The notes: generated by a model from the sequence alone, not told the origin. DNA of 64,000 bases from Mobula hypostoma (GCF_963921235.1 NC_086100.1:203052001-203116000); one strand, 5' to 3'. Numbered from the stretch's first letter, positions 39,345-53,239 are shown. Translations and numbers: made by a program.

Positions 39345-42300
39345 GTCTTCAATACACCCAATGATTTGGCCTCCACAGTCGCTCGTGGCATCAGATTCCA
39401 CAGATTTACTGCCCTCTGACTAAAGTAATTTCTCCACATTTCAGTTCTAAAAGGACATTCTTCAATCCTGAAGTCGTGCCCTCTTGTCCTCAGATCCCTT
39501 ACCATGGGAAGTAACTTTGCCGTATCTAATCTGTTCAGGCCTTTTAACATTCGGAATGTTTCTATGAGATCGTCCCTCATTCTCTTGAACTACAGGGAAT
39601 ACAGCCCAAGAGCTGCCAGACGTTCCTCATATGGTAATCCTGTCATTCCTGAAATCATTCTCGTGAATCTTCTCTGAACCCTGTCCAATGTCAGTATATC
39701 TTTTCTAAAATAAGGAGCCCAAAACTGCACACAGTACTCCAAGTGTGGTCTCACGAGTGCCTTAAAGAGCCTCAACATCACATCCCTGCTCTTAAATTCT
39801 ATACCTCTCGAAATGAATGCCAACATTGCATTCGCCTTCCTCACCACCGACTCAACCTGGAGGTTAACCTTTAGGGTATCCTGCATAAGGACCCCCAAGT
39901 CCCTTTGCATCTCTGCATTTTGAATTCTCTCCCCATCTAAATAATAGTCTGCCCATTTATTTCTTCCACCAAAGTGCATGACCATACACTTTCCAACATT
40001 GTATTTCATTTGCCACTTCTTTGCCCATTCCCCGAAACTATCTAACTCAGGGGTCCCCAACCTTTTTTGCAGCGCGGACCGTTTAATATTGACAATATTC
40101 TTGTGGACCGGCCGATGTGGAGTTGGGGGGGTGGGTGCTAATCACGGCCGGAATGTAGGTGAAACTGTAAGTCACTTATAAGTGGCTAATAATACACTCA
40201 ATTTCGTTTCTAAAAGGGTTTATCTAATGAATTTAATATTAAACACAGAGCGCATATTTTCCTCCCATGAATATAGTGATAAGTGAATTATTAGTCACTT
40301 CTAAGTCAATAGCATCAGAACATTTTAAGTAACATTTGGATATTAAACACACAGCGCATATTTTCCCCGTATGAACATATAAAATCATTGCAACACACCA
40401 ATATCGCTGAATCAGTGGGAGCCCTGGGCTTGTTTCCCTGCAACAAGACAGTCCTATCGCGGGGTGATGGGAGACAGCGACACTCGAAGGGGGTTCCTTA
40501 TGTCCAGTCTATTCCGCAATTTAGTTCTCATTGCATTCATTGCAGAAAACCCTGCTTCACAGAGATATGATGTTGGAGATGGAAGCAACGTTTTCAGTGC
40601 TTTCGAGGATATTCAGCCTTGACTTTGATCCAGAATGCCGGCAGAGATGTTATGTCAAACATACTTTTCAGCCGGCCATCATTCGCAAGCTCGAGGAGTT
40701 GATCTTCTTCCAGCGCTGACATGGATGATTCACCGGGGACATTCACAAATGGGTCACGGACCCATTCCTTTGCACGTCTTGGGTCATTTGTGGTTGGGAA
40801 CTAACGCTCGAATTCTGTCAACAGCGAAGAGAGGTGATCGCGCACCAGCTGTGAGAAGGACGGTGTAACCTCAGTCTCTCCCAAAATCCCAGCTAATGTT
40901 GGGAACATGTCAAATATGCCCCTGTCCACTTGCCGTCCCCACAGTTCCAGTTTGGCTTTGAAAGCAGACACTTTATCTGCCAACTTGAAGACAGTTGTCA
41001 TTCTCCCCTGAAGTGACAAATTGAGTTCATTGAGCAGGTTGAAGATGTCACACAGATAAGTGAGTTTTGCTATCCACTCCTCGTCACTGAAGTCTGCTGC
41101 CAGTGGTGACTTTTTCCTGAAAGAAATCTCTGTAGCTGCTCTCTTAACTCAAAAACCCTGGCCAGGGCTCTCCCCCTTGATAGCCACCTGACTTCAGTGT
41201 GTAAGAGAAGGCGTTTGTGCTCTGCATCCATTTCCTCGCAAAGCTGCTCAAACAGACGTGAGTTCAGGGCTTTTGCTCTGATGTGATTGATAACTTCAAC
41301 AACGTCACTCAATACGCTGTTAAGATCAGGTGACATTTTTCGGCTAGCCAGCATTTCCCTGTGTGTGACACAGTGTGTAGACTGGCATCCAGGAGCAACC
41401 TCTGACTTGGGTAGTGAAACCAGACAGTCGTCCAGTCATAGCTGCAGCCCCGTCTGTGCATATTCCAACACAGAATGACCAGTCCAGTTTGCCTGACATG
41501 TAGTCATTCAAAGACTTGAATAGTTTTGCCCCAGTTGTGTTAGTTGGCAGCGGCAGTGCACACAACACATCCTCCTGCACATCGTCTTGAAATATATATC
41601 GCACATAAACCAGCAGCATTGCCTTGTTGTCGACATCGGTAGACTCGTCGACATGGATAATATACCATGGTGACTTGTTAAGACCGTTCTAACAGCTGTG
41701 CGTCGATGTCCTCTGCTATGTCATCGATTCTCCTTCAAACTGTGGTAGCTGAAAGAGAAACCTGTGCCATCTTGTTAGTTGGAGCTTCTCCCGACAGTTC
41801 ACAGCACATGTCCTTGGCAGCAGGCAGAATCAATTCTTCACCAACAGTGAAAGGCTTCTTAGCCTTAGCAATACGGCCAGCCACTAAGTACGATGCTCTC
41901 AGAGCAGCAGCATTTGTGGAGGTGGTGACTCTCAGCACTTGCTTCTCTCCCGCTTGCTCACGTTTTTTCCGCTCAAAAAACTCAGCGGGTTTGTCTTTAA
42001 GTGCAGGGTGTTTGGACTCAAGGTGCCGAAGCAGATTAGAGGGCTTCAGTCTCGGCCTCAGCTGTCTCTGTGTTATCATCATCGTTAGGCCTTTTATGTC
42101 CCCTACCACCTCTTCCAAAGAGACTCTCAAGCGATGTTTGTTTTTGACTCATACCGACTGATGACCCCGCGTGGGTAATGACCTCACGTGCGCTCAAGGT
42201 CAACAGTGGGCGTGACAGGGAATGAGGAAAGGTGCAGTTGACCCATATTGCTTCATATCGCCAAATCACATCGTTTCCTCACGGCCTGGTCGTACATGTC

Positions 42301-42610
42301 TGCGGCCGGTGGTTGGGGAGCACTGATCTAATTCTCTCTGCAAGCTCTCTGTTTCCTCAACACCACCTGCTCCTCCACCTATCTTTGTATCATTGGCACA
42401 TTTAGCCACAAATCCCTTCATACCATGGTGCAAATTGTTGACATACATTGTAAAAAGTAACAGTCCCAACGCTGGCCCCTGTGGAACTCCACTGGTAACA
42501 GGCAGCCAGCCAGAACAGGATCCCTATGTTCCCACTTTCTGTTTTCTGCCGACCAGCCAATACTCAGCTCATGTTAGTAACTTCCCTGTAATTCCATGGG
42601 CTCTTACTAA
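39345..42610 (-). mobile_element. CR1 RT/3' fragment split by a hAT insertion (39345-40047 + 42326-42610)
   Basis: CR1 ORF2 sequence resumes in register on both sides of the hAT element. Confidence 0.85.
40048..42325 (-). mobile_element. hAT DNA transposon, Buster/Charlie-like, transposase pseudogene
   Basis: TIRs CAGGGGTCCCCAACC / CAGTGCTCCCCAACC; TSD ATCTAACT (40040-40047) / ATCTAATT (42326-42333); LKPSNLLRHL, KKPFTVGEELI, ICTDGAAAMTG, LHTEVRWLSRG. Confidence 0.95.
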
Positions 42611-42616
42611 GCAGCA

Positions 42617-42938
42617 ATATTTTTTTCTTTCTCTCTTTCTCCCTCTGTCCCTCTCACTCTACTCCTTGCCCATCCTCTGGGCTTCCCCCTCCCCCTTTCT
42701 TTCTCCCTAGGCCTGCTGTCCCATGATCCTCTCACAATCCTTTTGCCAATCAACTATCCAGCTCTTGGCTCCATCCCTCCCCCTCCCGTCTTCTCCTATC
42801 ATTTCGGATCTCCCCCTCCCCCTCCCACTTTCAAACCTCTTACTATCTCTTGTTTCAGTTAGTCCTGGCGAAGGGTCTCGGCCCAAAACGTGGACTGTAT
42901 CTCTTCCTATAGATGCTGCCTGGCCTGCTGCATTCACA
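42617..42938 (+). mobile_element. Penelope-like terminal fragment
   Basis: same pyrimidine-rich spacer as 20410-20710, with a mutated hammerhead motif. Confidence 0.75.
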
Positions 42939-43559
42939 CTATATCTACTGATCTTTCTTCATCAATGTGTTTAGTCACATCCTCAAAAAAATTCAATCAG
43001 GCTCATAAGGCACGACCTGCCTTTCCCAAAGCCATGCTGACTATTCCTAATCATATTATACCTCTCCAAATTTTCATAAATCCTGCCTTTCAGGATCTTC
43101 TCCATCCGCTCATGCCATTGTAATTTCCTTTATTCCACTGAAATACCGACACATTAGATTGTATTTTCCCTCTCAAATTTCAAAGTGAACTCGATCATAT
43201 TGTGATCACTGTTCCCTAAGTGTTCCTTAACCTTAATCTCTCTTATCACCTCTGGATCATTGCACAACACCCAATCTAGCACAGCCGATCCTGTAGTGGG
43301 CTCAACAATAAGCTGTTAGCATGTGTTTGTTTCTCACCATTGGGGTATCGGAAACTCAATGGAATAGGTTTAAGATGGGAATCGGAAGGTTTGAAAGGTA
43401 TCTGTAAAAGTAAAATTTTCACACAAAATATAGTTGGTATATGGAATGAGCTGCTAAAGGAGACAGTGGAAGCAGTTATGAGGCATCTGAACAGGTACTT
43501 GAATGAGCAAGACATGGGGTTTATGGAATTAACGGCAGCAGGATAAGTGTGGACTTCAA

Positions 43560-43932
43560 CCCAGACAGTGTGAAGTGGCTCATTTCGGTAGGTCCAATTT
43601 GAAGACAGAATATAATATAAATGGTAAGACTCTTGGCGGTGTGGAGTATCTGAGAGATCATGGTGTCCGTGTCGATAGGACACTCAAAGCTGCTGCACAG
43701 CTTGACAGTGTTGCTAAGAAAGCGTATGGTGTGTTGTCACTTATCAACCGTGGGACTGAGTTTAAGAGCTGTGAGGTAATGTTACAGCTATATAAGGCCT
43801 TGGTCAGACCCCACTTGGAGTACTGTGTCAGTTCTGGTCACCTCACTACAGGAAGGATGTGGATACTATAGAGAGAGTGCAGAGGAGAATTACAGGGATG
43901 TTGGCTGGATTGGAGAGCATATCTTATGAGAA
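43560..43932 (+). mobile_element. CR1 RT fragment
   Basis: HFGRSNLKTEY...RPHLEYC. Confidence 0.8.
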
Positions 43933-46900
43933 TAGAAACATAGAAAACCTACAGCACAATACAGGCCCTTCGGCCCACAAAGCTGTGCCAAACATGTCCT
44001 TGCCTGAGAAATTACCTAGGCTTACCCATAGTCCTCTATTTTTCTGAGCTCCAAGTACCTGTACAGGAGTTTCTTAAAAGACCCTATGGTATCCGCCTCC
44101 ACCACCGTCGCCGGCAGCCCATTCCATGCACTCACCACTCTCTGTGTAAAAAAAATAACCCTGACATCTCATCTGTACCTACTTCCAAGCACCTTAAAAC
44201 TGTGCCCTCTCATGCCAGCCATTCCAGCCCTGGGAAAAAGCCACTGACTATCCACATGATCAATACCTCTCATCATCTTGTACACCTCTATCAGGTCACC
44301 TCTTATCCTCCATCGCTCCAAGGAAAACAGGCTGAGTTCACTCAACCTATTCTCACAAGGCATGCTCCCCAATCCAGGCAACATCCTTGTAAATCTCCTC
44401 TGCACCCTTTCTATGGTTTCCACATCCTTCCTGTAGTGAGGCGACTAGAACTGAGCACAGTACTCCAAGTGGGGTCTGACCAGGGTCCTATATAGCTGCA
44501 ACATTACCTCTCGGCTTTTAAACTCCATCCCACGATTGATGAAGGCCAATGCACCGTATGCTTTCTTAACCACAGAGTCAATCTGCACACCAGCTTTGAG
44601 TGTCCTATGGACTCAGACCCCAAGATCCCTCCGATCCTCCACACTGCCAAGAGTCTCACCATTAATACTATATTCTGCCATCATATTTGACCTACCAAAA
44701 TGAATCACCTCACACTTATCTGGGTTGAATTCCATCTGCCACTTCTCAGCCCAGTTTTGTATCCTATCAATGTCCCGCTATAACCTCTGACAGCCCTCCA
44801 CATGATCCACAACACCCCCAACCTTTGTGTCATCAGCAAAGCTACTAACCCATCCTTCCACTTCTTCTTCCAGGTCATTTATAAAAATCACGAAGAGTAA
44901 GGGTCCCAGAACAGATCCCTGAGGCACACCACTGGTCACCGTCCTCAATGCAGAATACAACCCATCTACAACCACTCTTTGCCTTCTGTGGGCAAACCAG
45001 TTCTGGATCCACAAAGCAATGTCCCCTTGGATCCCATGTCTCCTTACTTTCTCAATAAGTCTTGCATGGGGTACCTTATCAAGTGCCTTGCTGAAATCCA
45101 TATACACTACATCTACTGCTCTACCTTCATCAATGTGTTTAGTCACATCCTCAAAAAATTCAATCAGGCTCGTAAGACACGACCAGCCTTTGACAAAGCC
45201 ATGCTGACTATTCCTAATCATATTATGCCTCTCGAAATGTTCATAAATCCTGCCTCTCAGGATCTTCTCCATCAACTTACCAACCACTGAAGTAAGACTC
45301 ACTGGTCTATAATTTCCTGGGCTATATCTACTCCCTTTCTTGAATAAGGGAACAACATCTACAACCCTCCAATCCTCCGGAACCTCTCCCTTCCCCATTG
45401 ATGATGCAAAGTTCATTACCAGAGGCTCAGCAATCTCCTCCCTCACCTCCCACAGTAGCCTGGGGTATATCTCATCTGGTCCCGTCGACTTATCCAACTT
45501 GATGCTTTCTAAAAGCTCCAGCACATCCTCGTCCTTAATATCTACATGCTCAAGCTTTTCAGTCCGCTGTAAGACATCCCTATAATTGCCAAGATCCTTC
45601 TCCATAGTGAATACTGAAGCAAAGTATTCAGTAAGTACCTCTGCTATCTCCTCCAGTTCCATACACACTTTCCCACTGTCACACTTCATTGTTCCTATTC
45701 TCTGACATCTTATCCTCTTGCTCTTCACATACTAGTAGAATGCCTTGGGGTTTTCCTTAATCCTGTCCGCCAAGGCCTTCTCATGGCCCCTTCTGGCTCT
45801 CTTAAGCTAGCCTTAAAATCTCCTAGATCTCTATCATTACCTAGTTTTTTGAATCTTTCGTAAACTCTTTTTTTCTTCTTGAATAGATTTACAACAGACT
45901 TTGTACACCGTGGTTTCTGTACCCTACCATCTTTTCCCTGTCTTATTGGAACGTACCTATGCAGAACTCCACGCAAATTCTCCATGCTATTTCTTCCGTA
46001 CATTTCCCTGAGAACATCTGTTCCAATTTATGCCTCCAAGTTCCTGCCTGATCGCCTCATATTTCCCCTTACTCCAATTAAACGCTTTTCGAACTTGTCT
46101 GTTCCTACCCCTCTCCAATGCTATGGTAAAGGAGATAGAATTGTGATCACTACCTCAAAAATGCTCTCCCACTGAGAGACCTGACATCTGACCAGGTTCA
46201 TTTCTCAATACCAGATCAAGTACAGCCTCTCCTCTTGTAGGCTTATCTACATATTGTATCAAGAAACCTTCCTGAACACACCCAACAAACTCCACCCCAT
46301 CTAAACCCCTTGCTCTGGGGAGATGCCAATCGATATTTGGGAAATTAAAATCTCCAACCATGACAACCTTGTTATTATTACATATTTCCAGAATCTGTCT
46401 CCCTGTCTGCTCCTTGATATCCCTGTTACTATTGGGTGCGTTCCTAACTTCCACCCACAGAGACTCCATTGACAATCCTTCCATTTCTTCCTCATTTTCT
46501 GCAGCCATGACACTGTCTCTGATCAACAGTGCCACGCCCCCACCTCTTTTGCTTCCCTCCCAGTCCTTTTTGAAACATCTAAATCCTGGCACTTGAAGTA
46601 ACCATTCCTGCCCCTGAGCCATCCAAGTCTCTGTAATGGCCACAACATCATATCTCCAAGTACTGATCCATGCTCTAAGCTCATCTGCATTGTTCACAAC
46701 ACTCCTTCCGTTAAAATAGATGCATCTCAAACCATTGGTCTGAGTGCGTCCCTTCTCTATCACCTGCCTATCCTCCCTCACACACTGTCTCCAAGCTTTC
46801 TCTATTTGCGAGCCAACTGCCTCTTTCCCAGTCTCTTCAATTTGGTTCCCACCTTCCTGCAATCCTAGATTAAACTGCCTCCAATAGCCCTAGGGACCGA

Positions 46901-47870
46901 GTCCATAGGACACTCAAAGCAGCTGCGCAGGTCGACTCTGTGGTTAAGAAGGCATACAGTGTATTGGACTTGAACTTACGAGCCAAGAGGTAATGTTGCA
47001 GCTATTATAGGACCCTGGTTAGACCCCACTTGGAGTACTGTGCTCAGTTCTGGTCGCCTCACTACAGGAAGGATGTGGAAGCCATAGAAAGGGTGCAGAG
47101 GAGATTTACAAGGATGTTGCCTGGATTGGGGAGAATGTCTGATGAGAATAGCTTGAGTGAACTTGGCCTTTTCTCCTTGGAGTGACGGAGGATGAGAGGT
47201 GACCTGATAGAGGTGTATAAGATAATGAGAGGCATTGATCATGTGGATAGTCAGAGGCTTTTTCCCAGGGCTGAAATGGTTGTCACAAGAGGACACAGGT
47301 TTAAGGTGCTGGGGAGTAGGTACAGAGGAGATGTCAGGGGTAAGTTTTTTACTCAAGAGAGTGGTGAGTGCGTGGAATGGGCTGCCGGCAACGGTAGTGG
47401 AGGCGGATACAATAGGGTCTTTTAAGAGACTTTTAGATAGGTACATGGAGCTTAATAAAATAGAGCGCTATAGGTAAGTCTAGTAATTTCTAAGATAGGG
47501 ACATGTTCGGCACAACTCTATGGGCCAAAGGGCTTGTATTGTGCTGTAGGTTTTCTAAGTTCTATGTTCTAAACAAACCTCCCCGCCAGGATATTGGTCC
47601 CCCTGGGATTCAAGTGCAACCCGCCTTTTTTGTACAGGTCACACCTGCCCCAAAAGTGGTCCCAGTGATCCAGAAATCTGAATCCTTGCCCCTGCTCCAA
47701 TCCCTCAGCCACGCATTTATCCTCCACCTCATTCTATTCCTATACTCACTGTCACATGGCACAGGCAGCAATCCCGAGATTACTACTTTAGTGGTCCTGC
47801 TTCTCAGCTTCCTTCCTAACTCCCTGTAGTCTGTTTTCAGGACCTCCTCCCTTTTCCTGCCTATGTCATT
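43933..47870 (-). mobile_element. Long CR1 (end of ORF1, ORF2 EN-RT, tail), interrupted by an opposite-strand CR1
   Basis: ORFs 46155-46862 (EN: CIYFNGRS, VVAITETW) and 44778-45728 (RT, FADD); ORF1 end resumes at 47571-47870. Confidence 0.92.
46895..47570 (+). mobile_element. 5'-truncated CR1 nested in the previous CR1
   Basis: RT C-terminus and TTCTATGTTCT tail; host sequence rejoins across it (ccaatagcccta / caaacctccccgcc). Confidence 0.85.
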
Positions 47871-47871
47871 G

Positions 47872-48285
47872 GTTGAGTGTACTTGGCTTTTTCTGCTCGA
47901 AGCGACGGGGGATAAGAGATGACCTGATAGAGGTGTATAAGATGATGAGAGCGTTGATCGTGTGGATAGTCAGAGGCTTTTCCCCAGGGCTGAAATGGCT
48001 AACACGAGGGGGCGTAGTTTTAAGGTGCTTGGACATAGGTACTGAGTGGATGTCAGGGGTAAGTTTTCACACAGAGTGTGGTGGGGGTGTGGAATGCACT
48101 GCTGGTGGCAGTGATGGAAGCAGATACAATAGTGTCTTTTAAGAGCCTCTTAGATAGGTACATGGAGCTTAGCAAAATAGAGGGCTACATCCTAGGGAAA
48201 TTCTAGGCAGTCTCTCGAGTCGTTTACATGGTCGGTAATGGGCTGAAGAGCCTGTAATGTGCTGTAAATTTCTATGTTCTCCGTT
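47872..48285 (+). mobile_element. CR1 3' fragment
   Basis: DDLIEVYKMMR and CR1 tail. Confidence 0.8.
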
Positions 48286-48417
48286 TTAGATGGGATTTGT
48301 ATTGTAGACATTATGGTTAGTACCAGTTCAGTACACTGCTTCCATGGTGAGCAACTGTATGGCCCTTTGAATTAAAATCTTGTCTCATCATAATCATTCT
48401 TCATTTTCCTTTACAAG

Positions 48418-48533
48418 GTGTCTGTCGCAGTTTGAAATCTATTGTGGTGCACATTGGGATAACTGATTACTTTGAGGAGCCAGGCAGCCCAGAAGCTCGG
48501 AGATTGTTTGAAGAAATGGTTGGCAAACTTCAG
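48418..48533 (+). CDS. FBXO41: FBXO41 penultimate coding exon
   Basis: ttttcctttacaAG acceptor, GTatgg donor; 116 nt; (S)VCRSLKSIVVHIGITDYFEEPGSPEARRLFEEMVGKLQ. Confidence 0.93.
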
Positions 48534-49154
48534 GTATGGTCTTTGTCCTTCAGTTAGTGAGAATCGGAAATCCAGTCAATCCAACCCGAAGTTTGGATTT
48601 GTTAATATTTCTTGACAACTGATTTGATACTGTCAAAGAACCGAAGAATGATTGAAGCAGCTGTTGAGTCTCTGCTGACTCCTCGTACTCCCTGCAGGAA
48701 TATCTGTGCAGTGCATTCTCTCAGGTACCTAATATAAGTTATGTTATGTTATTCTAAATGTCAGGAAAAATTTATCAGCACATCCCCTGTCAATTACCCT
48801 ACGGTATAAATGATACAGGCAATGTGCTGAAAAATCTTAATAAGAGCAGCTTCTATCTATCTAACTATCACATTTAAGCCCCTCATCATCTGTTCACCTT
48901 CCATCAAATATGTTCTCAATTTTTTTTGCACTGGAAAGGTTAATCCCAGTTTCTCAAATCATTTTTGGACCAGTTTTGGAAACCTCTTCTGTACCTCTCT
49001 GGGATATTTCGCATCATTGTAAAGCGTGGTGACCAAATATTTATTCAACAATCTAGGTGCCACTGGTTGCAAAGGTTAGCAGATAGTTCAACAGTAGAAT
49101 GCTTTTCACCTCAGAGCAATTTAGATATTGTGGTTGGTTAAAGAAAAGTGACAA

Positions 49155-50590
49155 ATGATATAGGAGCAGTATTAATACACACAAAATGCACTTTGTGTGT
49201 GTTGCTTGGATTTCCGGCACCTGCAGGTTTTCGTGTGTAGGAGCAGAATTAGGCCACTGAACCCATCAAGTCTGCTCAGCCATTTCATTGTGTTTGATCC
49301 ATTTTACCTTTCAGCCCCAATCTCCTGCCTTCTCCCCGTATCCCTCATTGAACATAAAACATAGAAAGTTACAGCAAAATACAGGCCCTTCAGCCCTACT
49401 GTAGAAGCTGTTTTCCTAGTACGTGGCCCTCTATTTTTCTAAGCACCATGTACCTATCTGAGAGGCTCTTAAAAGAACCTATTGTATTAGTCATGTCCTA
49501 ACTAATCAAGAATCTATCAACCTCTGTCTTAAATATGCTCAATGGTTTGGTCTCCATATCCACTGTGGCAACGAGTTTCACAGAGTCACCATTCTCTGGC
49601 TAAAGAAATTCCTCCTTATTTGTGTTCTAAATGGACATCCTTCTATTCTGAGACTGTGTCCTCTGGTCTCAGACTCTCCCACCACAGGACACATCCTCTC
49701 TACATCCACTCTGTCAAAAACTTTCAACATTCGATGGACTTCAATGAGGATTACCCTCATTCTTCCAATATTCAATGGAGTTCAATGAGGATTCCCCTCA
49801 TTCTTCTGAATTCCAGTGAGTTAAAAGTGGAGTTATTATCACATTGTCACCATTAACAGCCCTGAGATTTATTTCGGTTCCAGCCCGAAGCGTTGACTCA
49901 CCGTTTCCACAAATGCTGCCCGACCTGCTGAGTTCCTCCAGTGTGTTGTGAGTGTTGCTGAGATTTATTGTCTTGCAGGCAATCAAAGTAAGTACAGAAA
50001 ATACAATAGAATCATGAAGGACCACATGCAACAGAGTGGACAACAACTAATGTGAAAAAAACAGAACACTCTATGCAAATACATAAAGAAAAAAACATAA
50101 TTAATGAAGATAATAAAACCAAAAGACTTTAGACATAGGAGCAGAATTAGGCCATTCAGCCCATTGAGTCTGTTCTGCCATTTCATCATGACTGATCCAT
50201 TTCCTCCTCAGCCCCATTCTCTTGCCTTCCCCGTAAACTTTAACACCCCGACTAATCAAGAGCCTATCAATCTCTGCTTTAAATATACTCAATGACTGGG
50301 CCTACACAGCAGCCCATGGCAATGAAATCCACAGATTCACTACCCTCTGGCTACAGAAATTACTTCTCATCTCTGTTATTATGATATTGTGAGGAGTTCT
50401 GGGCCCCTTTTGTAAGAAAAGATGTGCTGGCACTGGAGAGGGTCTGGAGGAGGTTCCCGATAATGATTCCAGGAATGAAAGGGGCATTGGATAGCTCTGG
50501 CCTGTGCTCACTGGAGTCTAGAAGAGTGAATAGAGACCTCATTGCAACCTATTGAGTATTGAAAGGTCTGGGTAGAGTGGATGTAGGGAA
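49155..50590. mobile_element. Mosaic of short CR1 tails and Penelope/LINE remnants
   Basis: CR1 tails (ataggagcagaattaggccattcagccc), PLE-like ends (gatttccggcacctgcag). Confidence 0.6.
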
Positions 50591-50619
50591 GAATTACAGA
50601 TCATCCAGGAAGCAGAGCA

Positions 50620-53110
50620 GTTGATAGATAACACTTTCGAGCAGGCGGTTACACCTAGAGTGCAGTATTCAGGGAGTAGAACACCGAGAGAGGTAAAGGG
50701 AGAAAGAAGTCGGTGCAAGGTCCCCCTGTGGCCATTTCCCTCAGCAACAGGTTTACCCCTTTGGATACAGCTGAGGGGGGCGAGGGAATGAACTATCTGG
50801 GTAAGACAGCAGCAGCTGGGGGTGGGGATGTCCTATCTGAGTAAGACAGTAAGACAACAATAGCACTGTGGATGGCTCTGAGCCTCAGAAGGGTAGGGCT
50901 AAGTCAGACAGAGCAATAATCATGAGGGCCTCTATAATTAGGGGGACAGACAGGCGATTCTGCGGCAGGATGGTGTGTTGCCTCCCGGGATCTAGGGTCA
51001 AGGATGTCTTTGAGCAGTTGCAGAATATTCTTGAAGGGGAGGTGAGCAACTAGAGATCATTGTAAATACTGGTACCAATGACATAGACAGGAGAGGGGTA
51101 GAGGTCCTGCACGGTAGGTTTAGGGGGTTATGAAGGAGGCTAAAGAGCAGGACCTCCAAGGTGGTCATCTCTGGATTACTTCCAATGCCACGAGCGAGGG
51201 AAGGTCAGAACAGGAAGATAGTGCAGATCAATGAGTGTCTGAGGGATTGGAGCAGGAGGCAGGGATTCAGATTTCTGGATCACTGGGACCTCTCTTGGGG
51301 CAGGCGTGACCTGTACAAAAAGGACGGGTTGCACTTGAATCCCAGGGGGACCAATATCCTGGTGGGGAGGTTTGTTAAGGCTATTGGGGAGAGTTTAAAC
51401 GAGAATTGCTGGGGGTGGGAACCAAACTGAAGAGACGGAGGAAGGAGCAGTTGGCTCACAAATAGAGAAAGCTTGGAGACAGTGCGATGGGAGGATAGGC
51501 AGGTGATAGAGAAGGAATGCACTCAGACCAATGGTTTGAGATGTGTCTATTTTAATGCAAGGAGTGTTGTGAACAAAGCGGATGAGCTTAGAGCGTGGAT
51601 CAGTACTTGAAACTATGATGTGGTGGCCACTACAGAGACTTGGATGGTGCAGGGGCAGGAATGGTTACTTTGAGTGCCAGGCTTTAGATGATTCAAAAAG
51701 GACAGGGAGGATGGCAAAAGAGGTGGGGCGTGACACTGTTGATCAGAGATAGTGTCGCAGATGCAGAAAATGAGGAAGACATGGAGGTTTGTCTACTGAG
51801 TCTCTGTGGATGGGAGTTAGAAACAGAAGAAGTCAATAACTCTACTGGGTGTTTTTTATAGACCACTGAATAGTAACAAGGACATTGAACAGACAGGGAG
51901 ACAAGTTCTGGAAAGCTGTAATAATAACAGGGTTATCATGGTGGGAGATTTTAATTTCCCAAATATTGACTGGCATCTTCCTAGAGCAAGGGGTTTAGAT
52001 GGGGTAGAGTTTTTTAGGTGTGTTCAGGAAGCTTTCCTGACACAATATGCAGATAAGCCTACAAAAGGAGAGACTGTACTTGATCTGGTATTGGGAAATG
52101 AACCTGGTCAGGTGTCAGATCTCTCAGTGGGAGTGCATTTTGGAGGTAGTGATCACAATTCTATCTCCTGACGAAGGGTCTCGGCCTGAAACGTCGACTG
52201 CGCCTCTTCCTATAGATGCTGCTTGGCCTGCTGCGTTCACCAGCAACTTTGATGTATGTTCCTTTACTATAGCCTTGAAAAGGGATAGGAACAGGCAAGT
52301 TAGGAAAGTGTTTAATTGGAGTAAGGGGAAATATGAAGCTATCAGGCAGGAACTTGGAATCATAAATCGGGAACAGATGTTCTCAGGGAAATGTACGGCA
52401 GAAATGTGACAAATGTTCAGGGGATATTTGCGTGGCATTCTGCGTAGGTACAGGATTAAGGAAAAGCCCAAGGCATTCTACAAGTATGTGAGGAGCAAGA
52501 GAATAAGACGTGAGAGAATAGGACCAATCAATTGTGACAGTGGAAAAGTGTGTAGGTAACCAGAGGAGATAGCAGAGGTACTTAATGAATACTTTGTTTC
52601 TGCATTCACTACGGAAAAGGATCTTGACAATTGTAGGGATGATTTACAGTACATTGAAAAGCTTGAGCATATAGACATTCAGAAAGAGGATGTGCTGGAG
52701 CTTTTGGAAAGTATCAAATTGGATTAATCTCCAGGACCGGATGAGATGTACCCCAGACTTATGTGGGAGGCGAGGGAGGAGATGACTGAGCCTCTGGCGA
52801 TGATCTTTGCATCATCAATGGGGATTGGAGAGGTTCTGGAGGATTGGAGGGTTGCAGATATTGTTCCCTGATTCAAGTAGTAGAGATAGCCCAGGAAATT
52901 CTAGAATAGTGAGTCTCACTTCAGTGGTTGGTAAGTTGATGAAAAGATCCTGAGGGCCAGGAGTTATGAACATTTGGAGAGTCATAATATGATTAGGAAT
53001 AGTCAGCATGGATTTGTCAAAGGCAGGTCACTGCCTGACAAGCCTGATTGAATTTTTTGAGGATGTGACTAAATACGTTGATGAAGATAGGGTAGTAGAT
53101 GTAGTGTATA
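50620..53110 (+). mobile_element. CR1 ORF1 end + ORF2 (EN, RT start), degenerate
   Basis: DHWDLSWGRRDLYKKDGLHLN; VGDFNFPNIDW; RT up to DVVY. Confidence 0.88.
52168..52260 (+). mobile_element. ~93-bp Penelope-derived insertion starting at a hammerhead core
   Basis: CTGACGAAGGGTCTCGGCCTGAAACGTCGACTG... interrupts CR1 endonuclease sequence just after SDH. Confidence 0.8.
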
Positions 53111-53239
53111 GTCAGCGAGAATTGGAGGAGCAGATCGGCAGAGAGATAGCAGACAACTGCAGGAAACAAAGTTGTGATGGTAGCGGAGTCATAGTCCGGT
53201 CCATGAAGTCCGCATTCTGGTGGTCACAAAGCAATCAAT

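Noticed and set aside
40801..42130. Domesticated ZBED5/SCAND3-like host gene
   Set aside because: Frameshifted, bounded by TIRs and a TSD, and inserted in a CR1, so it is a transposon copy.
44778..46862. Active CR1 ORF2
   Set aside because: Broken into several frames and interrupted upstream by another CR1.
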